The translations under genes were made by a program, and so were the position numbers. From Verrucomicrobiia bacterium (GTDB taxonomy: Bacteria; Desulfobacterota; Binatia; UBA9968), in contig DATJFG010000186.1 of assembly GCA_035495775.1 (NCBI GenBank), forward strand, positions 13,791 through 77,790: a DNA stretch of 64,000 nt, read 5' to 3'. How positions within the stretch are numbered: position 1 is the first letter of the stretch; the number at the start of each line of letters is the position of its first letter. Shown in pieces: positions 8,118 to 16,070 of the stretch. Below the pieces are notes generated by a model. The model had not been told where the DNA came from. It saw only the letters and a list, made by a program, of their open reading frames with translations, and made no database searches.

Positions 8118-8900
8118 CTAACGTCTTGCTTGGCTATGATCTTGATTACGCTTTAGCGCCTCATCGGTCTCCTTAGCCCGCCACATATTCGTTCCCACAT
8201 CCACTTTGCTGGCCCTGTGGCTGTTCTTGTCGAAATCGATGGCGACTTCATAGCTCCTGTCGCCTTTCACGATTTCGTATTCCGAGTATTCGGGTTTGTC
8301 GGAGTTGACCGACGTGATCTGGTAACCGAGTCGACCGAGTTCGCGGCGATAAAAGTCCCTCTCTTCGCCGATTTTCAGCTTGTCGACGAGCTCCTGCTTG
8401 CCTCTGTCCCAGTTGCTCTTATGATCGCGGTCGCTGAACCTCGCGTTGCGGACGTGAAACAGACCTTTATCGCTTTTCTCATTATCGCTCAGCTTGTTGC
8501 CTTTTAAGACGCGATCGGTCGAGTCGGCTTTCCAGAGGTTCGTCGTGATATCGACTTTTTTCGCGCGATGGCTGGGCTTATCGAAGTCGATCTGAACTTC
8601 GTAAGTATTTTGCCCCTTAACAATCTCGTATTCTAAGTAATCCGGCTTATCATAGTTGACCGAAGTCACGAGAAAGCCCATTTTTTCGAGCTCGCGGCGA
8701 TAGAAGCCGCGGTCCTCGCCGATCTTCAAATTACGTACGAGTTCCTCCTTTCCTTTTTCCCAGTCTTGCTTATGGCTGCGGTCGCTATAGTGCGCTGCAT
8801 CGGTGTCGTCTGTTTTAATCCGGTCGGCGCCGTTGGCATTCACCGCCCCACCGATCGCCACCGTCAACCCCACCGCCAGCACGATTTTGAAATCGAGCAT
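8118..8900 (-). CDS. secreted protein made of two tandem ~117-aa repeats (PepSY-like, tentative)
   Basis: GGAGGGAGG RBS and signal peptide MLDFKIVLAVGLTVAIGGAVNA. Two copies of SDR.HK..W..GK.ELV..LKIGE.R.FYRREL...G...TSVN.DKP.Y.EYEIVKG...YEV.IDFDK.SHRA.KVD. Confidence 0.7.
   Translation of the reverse strand: MLDFKIVLAVGLTVAIGGAVNANGADRIKTDDTDAAHYSDRSHKQDWEKGKEELVRNLKIGEDRGFYRRELEKMGFLVTSVNYDKPDYLEYEIVKGQNTYEVQIDFDKPSHRAKKVDITTNLWKADSTDRVLKGNKLSDNEKSDKGLFHVRNARFSDRDHKSNWDRGKQELVDKLKIGEERDFYRRELGRLGYQITSVNSDKPEYSEYEIVKGDRSYEVAIDFDKNSHRASKVDVGTNMWRAKETDEALKRNQDHSQARR
8151..8789 (-). repeat. in-gene tandem duplication, period 351 bp (aa 38-133 and aa 155-250)
   Basis: Repeat copies at 8502-8789 and 8151-8438, aligned by eye from the translated protein. 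Confidence 0.8.
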
Positions 8901-8961
8901 AAGCCTCCCTCCTTTATGCGCCTGGTGCGCCTAACTCGGTCATCGGACGACAACCGGACCG

Positions 8962-9132
8962 CTAAACCGCCGGCGGTTCGCGCCGTCCCATGACCAGGCT
9001 GATCAGGAACAACACCATGAAGACCACAAAGAGAATCCAAGCGATCTCCGTCGCCGCGCCGGCGACGCCGGAAAGTCCCAGAACTCCCGCGATCAGGCCG
9101 ATAATTAGAAATGCGACAGCCCAGTTCAACAT
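8962..9132 (-). CDS. small membrane protein, DUF1328/YtjA (UPF0391) family
   Basis: Start moved to ATG 9132 (AGGAGG 8 nt upstream). The 56-aa product [51 protein letters not shown] matches the family pattern. Confidence 0.8.
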   Translation of the reverse strand: MLNWAVAFLIIGLIAGVLGLSGVAGAATEIAWILFVVFMVLFLISLVMGRREPPAV

Positions 9133-9313
9133 GCTCCATCCCTCCTTTCTTCGATAATCCCTTCGATCCCTCCACTCCTCCACTTTCAGGGTAGGGTTGC
9201 TGCCGACCCGCTGCAATGCAGGTTTAACCCCGACCCACGTAAACAATATTTAAACCGGCTACAATTCGCGTTTTTGGATGGTATTCTAAATACGTTGATT
9301 TGAGAGGTGCCTA

Positions 9314-9580
9314 ATGGTCGATTTCGAGAAAGCTCTTGTCGATCCGGCTCTAATCTTTAAAAGCCCCGCCGAAGTTCTGCAAAATCGCGAACTATCACGG
9401 AGCCAGAAGATTCAGATTTTACAGCGATGGGAATATGACGCCCGCGAGCTTCAAGTCGCAGAAGAGGAAAGCATGCGCGGCCCGCCGTCGGTTACTCTTG
9501 ATACCGTTCTTAATGCGCTGCGCTCCTTGGGGGCTGAGACGCAAGAGCGCTCGGCACCGACGAAACAAGGCGGTAAATAA
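9314..9580 (+). CDS. small hypothetical protein
   Basis: ATG with GAGAGGTG upstream. 88 aa, hydrophilic, no family recognised. Confidence 0.45.
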   Translation: MVDFEKALVDPALIFKSPAEVLQNRELSRSQKIQILQRWEYDARELQVAEEESMRGPPSVTLDTVLNALRSLGAETQERSAPTKQGGK

Positions 9581-9771
9581 ATTGATTAGAGCCGGCGCTC
9601 ATAGCGCGCCGCTGATGATATCCGTTGCGAGTTAAAAACAGACGCAGCCCGCGGGTTGGCATGGGCCCGAAGCGCGCTAAGCGGCGCGCCCGAAGCAAAA
9701 AGGTTCAGCGCGGCCGCTGCAATTTGCCCGAGCGGCGATCCATTCGGTGAAGGGGGCGGAGGTGATTGGGG

Positions 9772-11766
9772 ATGCGATCGGATCCTTCTCGAAAGCTCGG
9801 TATCGGTACGCGGCTGGATAGGCGACGATCGAACGCCCAGTCGATCCGCAATTGGAAGAAAACTTTAGCGAGTCTCCGCGGCGCAGTCGGCGCAAAGCTT
9901 CCAGCCTTCATCCCTCCCGAGCTCACGACCCTCGTCGATGATGTACCTGCCGGCGACGCGTGGCTCCACGAGATCAAGTTCGACGGCTACCGCGCGCTTT
10001 GCCGTTTGAAGGAAGGCAAAGCGCAGTTCTTCACGCGTGAAGGCAACGATTGGAGCGCGCGATTCGCCGCACTCGCCGAGCCCGCCGCCGCACTCGCGGT
10101 CCGTGAGGCCTTTCTCGACGGTGAAGTCGTCGCTTTAGAAAAAAACGGCGCGAGCAATTTTCAACGCCTGCAAGAAGCGCTCAGCGCTGGCGAAGGCGCC
10201 CGGCTGGTCTACTATGTTTTCGACCTGCTTTACCTCGACGGCTACGATTTAAGAGAGGTCCCGCTCCACAGTCGCAAAGGCCTCCTGGCGGACTTATTGA
10301 AACATCGGGGGAAAAGCGGCCGGCTCCGCTACAGCGATCATGTCATCGGCCACGCGGAAGAATTCTTCCGGCGCGCCCGTGACACGGGCCTCGAAGGCAT
10401 CGTCTCCAAACGCAAAGAGTCGCCATACCGTGCCGGCCGCGCACGCGACTGGCTCAAGATCAAATGCCACGCGAGTCAGGAGTTTGTCCTCGGCGGCTTT
10501 ACCGAACCTTCAGGCTCGCGCATCGGTCTTGGCGCCCTGCTTCTCGGCCACAACAATGACCGGCACGAATTAATTTATGCCGGTAAGGTCGGCACGGGAT
10601 TCAATAGCCGCTCGCTAACCGACCTCCGGAGGCGGCTGGAAAAAATCGAAACGGCGAAGCCGCCGTTTGCCAATCCTCCCCGGCTGCCGCGGCGCGAAGG
10701 GGTTCACTGGATAGAACCTCGGTACGCCGCAGAGATCGAGTTCACCGGCTGGACGCGCGACGGCTTGCTGCGCCATCCTTCATTTAAAGGTCTGCGCGAA
10801 GACAAGCCGCCAGCAAAGATCTCCCGCGAGCGCCCGGAACCGGTTCCCGAAAACCCGGCTCCGCGACGCTCAACCGATACAGCGGTCGCCGGCGTGGCGC
10901 TGAGCAATCCGGAACGCGTCCTCTATGCCGAGCAAGGCATCACGAAGATCGAGCTGGCGCGGTACTATGAAGAAATCAGCGACTGGATTCTGCCGCACAT
11001 TTCGCTGCGCCCGCTGACGATGGTCCGCTGTCCCGAGGGTTACCGGAAATGTTTTTATCAAAAACATGTCGAAGAGAATCTGCCGCCCTCGTTTAAGCGG
11101 ATCTTCGTCAAGGAAAAACGCGCCTCCGGAAGATACGTCATGATCGATTCGCTTCCCGGCCTCATTTCTTTAGTGCAGATGGGGGTGCTGGAAATCCACA
11201 CTTGGGGCTCTCGCGCCGAGCATGTGGAGCAGCCCGACCAGTTAATCTTCGATTTAGATCCTGACGCCGGACTGCCCTGGAATCGCGTCGTGGAAGCGGC
11301 GCGGCGACTGCGCGTCCGCCTCCGTGAGCTCGGGCTCGAGTCGTTCGTCAAAACCACCGGCGGCAAGGGGCTCCACGTCGTCGTTCCGATCGTTCCGGAG
11401 GAACGATGGGATGCGGTCAAGGAGTTTACCAAACAAGTCGCGGAGAGCATCGCGCGCGAAGCCCCTGAGTCCTATCTGACGAAGATGTCCAAAGCGAAGC
11501 GCGCTGGCAAGATATTCATCGATTATCTACGCAATGGCCGCGGCGCGACCGCGGTCGCGGCCTATTCCACGCGGGCGCGCTCCGGCGCTCCGGTTTCAGT
11601 CCCGCTCCGCTGGGAAGAACTCGCCGACGGTGTCCGCCCCGATCAATACAACGTGCGCAACATCCGCCGGCGCTTAACGGCCCTCCGTAAGGACCCATGG
11701 CACGATTTCGCCGCAGCCCGGCGGTCGATTCGGAACGCGATGCGCCGCGTTAGAGAGGTGGCATAA
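9772..11766 (+). CDS. ligD: ATP-dependent DNA ligase LigD, two-domain form (ligase + polymerase/primase, no phosphoesterase domain)
   Basis: Start set to ATG 9772 (GGAGG 7 nt upstream). Adenylation motif LHEIKFDGYR. C-terminal LigD Pol pattern (LSNPERVLYAEQGITKIELARYYEEISDWILPHISLRPLTMVRCPEG..FYQKH). The length leaves no room for a PE domain. Confidence 0.9.
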   Translation: MRSDPSRKLGIGTRLDRRRSNAQSIRNWKKTLASLRGAVGAKLPAFIPPELTTLVDDVPAGDAWLHEIKFDGYRALCRLKEGKAQFFTREGNDWSARFAALAEPAAALAVREAFLDGEVVALEKNGASNFQRLQEALSAGEGARLVYYVFDLLYLDGYDLREVPLHSRKGLLADLLKHRGKSGRLRYSDHVIGHAEEFFRRARDTGLEGIVSKRKESPYRAGRARDWLKIKCHASQEFVLGGFTEPSGSRIGLGALLLGHNNDRHELIYAGKVGTGFNSRSLTDLRRRLEKIETAKPPFANPPRLPRREGVHWIEPRYAAEIEFTGWTRDGLLRHPSFKGLREDKPPAKISRERPEPVPENPAPRRSTDTAVAGVALSNPERVLYAEQGITKIELARYYEEISDWILPHISLRPLTMVRCPEGYRKCFYQKHVEENLPPSFKRIFVKEKRASGRYVMIDSLPGLISLVQMGVLEIHTWGSRAEHVEQPDQLIFDLDPDAGLPWNRVVEAARRLRVRLRELGLESFVKTTGGKGLHVVVPIVPEERWDAVKEFTKQVAESIAREAPESYLTKMSKAKRAGKIFIDYLRNGRGATAVAAYSTRARSGAPVSVPLRWEELADGVRPDQYNVRNIRRRLTALRKDPWHDFAAARRSIRNAMRRVREVA

Positions 11767-11796
11767 CGCTTGCTCGAAATTAAAAAAAGAAGAAAG

Positions 11797-11826
11797 CGTC
11801 GCGATTTTCTACAATTAGTCGCGACG
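11797..11826. other. perfect 8-bp inverted repeat CGTCGCGA-N14-TCGCGACG downstream of ligD
   Basis: Read directly: 11797-11804 and 11819-11826. No U-tract follows on either strand, so its role (attenuator, operator or terminator) is open. Confidence 0.4.
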
Positions 11827-11967
11827 TCGAGAGGTTGAATCGAAGTAAAATTTACATCCGCGGGGAAATTGTTCCCTCGGGGAAACAACCGGGAGGTGTA
11901 AAGGTAGAAAATGATCGCGATGTCCTTTGGAAGGTTTGAGGAATGTCAAAAATAGGGGGGTGGGACC

Positions 11968-12120
11968 ATGGGCACAATTTTAGTGATCATTTTGATTCTG
12001 CTGCTCGTCGGAGCTTTGCCGACATGGCCGTACAGCACGGGATGGGGGTATTTCCCGAGCGGCGGTCTTGGCTTGATCCTTTTGATCGTCATTATTCTGG
12101 CTCTCGCCGGCCGGCTCTAG
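11968..12120 (+). CDS. small membrane protein, DUF3309 family (50 aa, below the ORF-track size cutoff)
   Basis: Hand translation gives MGTILVIILILLLVGALPTWPYSTGWGYFPSGGLGLILLIVIILALAGRL. The conserved core ALPTWPYS.GWGY.PSGGLG is the DUF3309 signature. G-rich RBS ataggggggtggg. Confidence 0.75.
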   Translation: MGTILVIILILLLVGALPTWPYSTGWGYFPSGGLGLILLIVIILALAGRL

Positions 12121-12200
12121 CGAGCAGCCGAAAGCGAGGAGAAGTTCGGTGTAAGACGATCATACGTAACGGCTGGGTTGATTCGGGAAGGAACTAACTT

Positions 12201-12695
12201 ATGAATACTCCAGCCAGTATCGCCAAGCATCCCATACACCCCATGATCGTGGTCCTCCCGATGGGGTTGTGGATTTTTTCTTTGGTCGCCGATCTGATTG
12301 TCGCCGCCGGCTGGAGGACTCCGTGGCACGAAGTCGCCATCTATACGATGGCCGGCGGAATCTTGGGCGCGGTTATGGCCGCTGCGCCGGGACTCATCGA
12401 TTTTTTTTCGATCACCGACAGTAAAAGCCGGAGCGTCGCTTTCTATCATCTCACCGTCAATTTAGCCGGAACGGCCATTTTCGCCCTCAATCTTTATCTT
12501 CGCGCGACGACCGACACGGCCGCGTTCTTGCCGGTCGGGCTGTCGCTTGCGGGGATCGGCTTGATCGGGGTCGGCGGTTGGCTCGGAGGCGAGCTCGTTT
12601 ATATCCACGGGATGGGCGTCGACCCGGTTCACCCGCGACCCACCGCCGACAACGTCCGCGATATTCAGCGAAAGAAACTCCGCCGGATTGTCTGA
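12201..12695 (+). CDS. DUF2231-family integral membrane protein
   Basis: N-terminal HPIHPMIVVLPMGLWIFSLVADL plus four predicted TM helices, as in DUF2231 proteins. Confidence 0.65.
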   Translation: MNTPASIAKHPIHPMIVVLPMGLWIFSLVADLIVAAGWRTPWHEVAIYTMAGGILGAVMAAAPGLIDFFSITDSKSRSVAFYHLTVNLAGTAIFALNLYLRATTDTAAFLPVGLSLAGIGLIGVGGWLGGELVYIHGMGVDPVHPRPTADNVRDIQRKKLRRIV

Positions 12696-13804
12696 TGCGG
12701 CGCGGCAAACAAATACGCTATGCCGTCGTCGGTCTCGGCCATATCGCGCAAACGGCGGTGCTCCCCGCCTTTCGCCACGCGCGTCGCAATTCTACTCTCG
12801 CCGCGCTCGTTTCCGACGACCCGGAGAAACTCGCACAATTGAGTCGACGCTACGATGTCGATCTCGTTTATTCCTACGATGAATACGATGAGTGTCTTCG
12901 AAGCGGCGAAGTGGATGCTGTCTATATCGCTTTACCCAATAATCTGCACCGGGACTTCGCGGTGCGCGCCGCGCGTGCCGGCGTGCACATCCTGTGCGAA
13001 AAGCCCATGGCGGTAACCGCGGCAGACTGCCGCGCAATGATCCGCGCCGCCCGCGATAATCGAGTGAAGCTCATGGTCGCCTATCGACTCCACTTCGAAG
13101 CCGCCAATCTGAAAGCCGTCGAGATTGCCAAATCAGGGAAGATCGGCGACACGCGTCTTTTTCATTCAGTGTTCGCGATGCAGGTAAAGGAAGAAAATAT
13201 CCGGACTCAAGCGGAACTTGGCGGCGGTACGCTCTATGATCTCGGAATTTATTGCATCAACGCCGCTCGCTACATTTTTCAGGCCGAGCCTTACGAGGTT
13301 TTGGCCGCCAGCGCTAGGAGCGACGACCCGCGCTTCCAAGAGATCGACGAGATGACGAGCGCGGTGCTGCGATTTCCCGAAAACCGGCTGGCGGTCTTTA
13401 GCTCCAGCTTCGGAGGCGCCGACGCGTCGATGTACGAAATTGTCGGGACGCGCGGCAAGCTGCGCCTCGAGCCGGCCTATGAATACGCGATGGGGCTGAA
13501 TCACGAGTTGACTGTCAGTGGAAAAACCACCAAGCGACATTTTCCCAAACGCGACCAATTCGCTGCGGAGCTCCTGTATTTCTCGAACTGCGTTCAGAAG
13601 AATCTCCAGCCGGAACCATCGGGCGAAGAAGGGCTCGCCGACGTAGGCATCATCGAAGCACTGTACCAATCGGCGGCAACCGGCCGAGCGGTCGCGCTGA
13701 GGAGCATCGCGCGCCGCCGACGACCGACGATGAGGCAGGAAATCAAGCGGCCGGCGATACCACGGCCACCGGAACTCGTGCATGCGGAGAGCGCTTCGGG
13801 ATAA
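12695..13804 (+). CDS. Gfo/Idh/MocA-family NAD(P)-dependent oxidoreductase
   Basis: Start moved to ATG 12695 (1-nt overlap with the upstream TGA). IRYAVVGLGHIAQTAVLPAF Rossmann motif and EKPMAVTAADCRAM motif. Confidence 0.85.
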   Translation: MRRGKQIRYAVVGLGHIAQTAVLPAFRHARRNSTLAALVSDDPEKLAQLSRRYDVDLVYSYDEYDECLRSGEVDAVYIALPNNLHRDFAVRAARAGVHILCEKPMAVTAADCRAMIRAARDNRVKLMVAYRLHFEAANLKAVEIAKSGKIGDTRLFHSVFAMQVKEENIRTQAELGGGTLYDLGIYCINAARYIFQAEPYEVLAASARSDDPRFQEIDEMTSAVLRFPENRLAVFSSSFGGADASMYEIVGTRGKLRLEPAYEYAMGLNHELTVSGKTTKRHFPKRDQFAAELLYFSNCVQKNLQPEPSGEEGLADVGIIEALYQSAATGRAVALRSIARRRRPTMRQEIKRPAIPRPPELVHAESASG

Positions 13805-13836
13805 GGCGGTGAAGGCAAGCGAAAGGCGGCAGAATC

Positions 13837-14442
13837 ATGAAAATTGCAGACGATACGCATACGTCGATCCGGATAGTATTGCCGCGGCAGCGGTGCGGCG
13901 AAGTGAGGGACGTGATCGGGGTGCTCTCCGTTCTCGACGATGTTTATAACCATCTCTACGTCTGGCATGAGCTGGCTGGCGTTAATGGATCGGAGGGCGA
14001 AGCGCACGATTCCCGGGCGTCGCGGTCCCTGCCGGATATAACCGACGCTGCCGATGTCGTTCCGGCCGACCGCCGCCTCTGTCTCGCGCGTATCGAGGTC
14101 GAGCCGCCGGCCTTCATCGAAGTTGTCGGCGCGCGCTACCCGCTCGAGATGATTTACAATTACCTGCGGGCGCGCGATGGGAGGAAAGATCATCGCAGCG
14201 CGCGGACGATCGAAAAGATCGAAGCGATGCGCGGCGAGATCGACTATTTGTGGGGATCGAACTTTTCCGAAAGCGAGATTCGGGAGGCCGTCTCTCGGCA
14301 CGTGATCGCGCCCTTCAAGCGCTTCGACCGCCTCGAGGGCATCGAGATTTACGACCGCGACGATTCGGTAAAAAGTCCGCCGCGGCGCGGCCGGCCGGAC
14401 CGCGCGGCGAATCAACCCTCGCCGCTAGCGCGGGAGCATTGA
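13837..14442 (+). CDS. hypothetical protein, 201 aa, abutting ku
   Basis: ATG start and high GC3 in this frame. The stop at 14440-14442 is 1 nt before the ku ATG. No family recognised. The longer antisense ORF 13594-14415 is judged spurious. Confidence 0.5.
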   Translation: MKIADDTHTSIRIVLPRQRCGEVRDVIGVLSVLDDVYNHLYVWHELAGVNGSEGEAHDSRASRSLPDITDAADVVPADRRLCLARIEVEPPAFIEVVGARYPLEMIYNYLRARDGRKDHRSARTIEKIEAMRGEIDYLWGSNFSESEIREAVSRHVIAPFKRFDRLEGIEIYDRDDSVKSPPRRGRPDRAANQPSPLAREH

Positions 14443-14443
14443 T

Positions 14444-15325
14444 ATGGCGCGGAAAGCCGCACACGCCTTGCGGCACAGAAGACGGGCGCGAAGAGCGGCC
14501 GGCTCGCGTCCGATCTGGAAGGGCAGCTTAAGCTTCGGTCTCGTCAATATACCCGTTTCGCTGCATCCCGCCGAGACCTCGAACGATCTTGGCTTTAAAC
14601 TGCTCGATCGTCGCGACCTGTCGCCGGTTCACTATCAGCGAGTGAACGAAAAGACAGGAAAGGAAGTGCCGTGGGACGAAGTCGTTAAAGGCTACCAATA
14701 TGAAAAAGGCGAATACGTGCCGATGAGCGAGACGGATTTCGAGCGCGCCAACACGGAGGCGACGCAGACCATCGAGATCACCGATTTTGTCGACGCGGCG
14801 GAGATCGCTCCGGTCTACTACGATAAGCCTTATTACTTGGCGCCGGCGAAGAATGCCGCCAAGAGCTACGCGTTATTGCGTGAGACGATACGCAAAACGA
14901 AAACCGTCGGCATCGCGCGGGTCGTTATTCGCTCGCGGCAGCACCTGGCGGCGGTTCTGCCGCGAGACTCCGCTCTTGTTTTGAATATTCTTCGCTTTGC
15001 GCACGAGATCCGCGACCCTGAGAACCTAGAAATTCCGGAGAACATCTCGATCGGTGAAAAAGAGCTCAAGATGGCCGAGCGGCTTGTCGAGACGATGGTC
15101 GGCAAGTGGCAGCCGGAGAAGTACCGCGATGAGTATCGCGAAGACCTGCTGGCTCTGATCGAGCGCAAGGTGAAGGCGGGCAAGACCAAAGTGATCGATG
15201 AAGCGCCTCCCCGCGAGCCGCGGCGGACGGCAAAAGTCATCGATATCATGGATCTGCTCAAGCGCAGCGTCGAGCAGGCGGGGCATCGAGAGGAGGCCCC
15301 GCGGCGGCGGCGCAAGACGGGATAA
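14444..15325 (+). CDS. ku: NHEJ DNA end-binding protein Ku
   Basis: IWKGSLSFGLVNIPVSLHPA and YYDKPYYLAP are hallmark bacterial Ku motifs. Basic C-terminal tail. The true start may lie a few codons downstream. Confidence 0.9.
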   Translation: MARKAAHALRHRRRARRAAGSRPIWKGSLSFGLVNIPVSLHPAETSNDLGFKLLDRRDLSPVHYQRVNEKTGKEVPWDEVVKGYQYEKGEYVPMSETDFERANTEATQTIEITDFVDAAEIAPVYYDKPYYLAPAKNAAKSYALLRETIRKTKTVGIARVVIRSRQHLAAVLPRDSALVLNILRFAHEIRDPENLEIPENISIGEKELKMAERLVETMVGKWQPEKYRDEYREDLLALIERKVKAGKTKVIDEAPPREPRRTAKVIDIMDLLKRSVEQAGHREEAPRRRRKTG

Positions 15326-15344
15326 AAGTCCAAAGGAGGTGTTT

Positions 15345-16070
15345 ATGAACTCACTGACCGCAATGGTGACAGGCGCCGGGTTGGGCTGTCTCGCCATGTA
15401 CGGCCTCGATCCGGAGATGGGGCGCAGGCGCCGCGCTCTAGCGCGCGACAAGATGATCAAAATTCAGCGCAAAGCCGGCGACGCGGCGGCATTCACGGCG
15501 CGGGATTTAAAAAACCGCACGCTCGGCACATTCGCCGAGGGAAAATCGCTGCTCGCCGAGGGGGAGATTTCCGACGAGGCGCTTGCGGAGCGCGTCCGCG
15601 CCGAGCTCGGCTTTCTCGTCCGCTACCCGTCCTTCATCGATGTTCAGGTTCACAGCGGCGAGGTGATACTCACCGGCGACGCTTTCAGCGACGAATGTGG
15701 GCAGTTGATCACAGGGATTCTATCGCTTCGCGGCGTCCGCTGCGCGGACAATCGCCTGCGGACCCATGAAAGCACCGAAGATTTTCCCAGTCTTCAGGGG
15801 CAGCCACTGAAACCGAAACCGACAGGCCGGCCGTTCGATATCATGCAGCGGCATTGGTCTCCTGCCACGCGCCTGCTGGTCAGCCTCGCGACACTCGGCG
15901 GGCTCGGCGCCTTGGCCTATTCGTTTGCGGGAGGCAACGGCTATTCGCGGCGTCGTTCGCATGGAATAAGAGGCAGGTTCCGGTCGCAGGGATCGCGTGC
16001 AATGAGCAGCATATGGCCGCATAAGTCGCATGGCGTAATCGAAAAAATCCGCGAGGAACTCCGTCTATGA
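15345..16070 (+). CDS. BON-domain protein
   Basis: Start moved to ATG 15345 (AAAGGAGG upstream). N-terminal helix plus BON pattern (LAERVRAELGFLVRYPSFIDVQVHSGEVILTGDAFS..ILSLRGVRCADNRL). Stop overlaps the next start (ATGA). Confidence 0.7.
   Translation: MNSLTAMVTGAGLGCLAMYGLDPEMGRRRRALARDKMIKIQRKAGDAAAFTARDLKNRTLGTFAEGKSLLAEGEISDEALAERVRAELGFLVRYPSFIDVQVHSGEVILTGDAFSDECGQLITGILSLRGVRCADNRLRTHESTEDFPSLQGQPLKPKPTGRPFDIMQRHWSPATRLLVSLATLGGLGALAYSFAGGNGYSRRRSHGIRGRFRSQGSRAMSSIWPHKSHGVIEKIREELRL

Noticed and set aside
11901-11945. 14-codon ORF (MIAMSFGRFEECQK) upstream of the DUF3309 gene as a leader peptide
   Set aside because: The RBS spacing is poor (about 14 nt), no attenuator structure follows, and it is too short to evaluate without conservation data.
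9581-11967. EcfG-type general-stress promoter motif (GGAAC-N16/17-CGTT) upstream of ligD and the DUF3309 gene
   Set aside because: Visual inspection of 9581-9771 and 11767-11967 found no GGAAC...CGTT pair. Only GGGAAAC/GGGGAAA-like strings occur.
12578-12694. 39-aa extension of the Gfo/Idh/MocA gene
   Set aside because: It overlaps the DUF2231 gene. The Rossmann fold begins right after ATG 12695.
13594-14415. 273-aa minus-strand ORF antisense to the 201-aa gene upstream of ku
   Set aside because: Arg/Pro/Ala-rich composition typical of antisense frames in GC-rich DNA. It overlaps the end of the oxidoreductase gene. The plus-strand frame has the higher GC3 and sits in operon context with ku.
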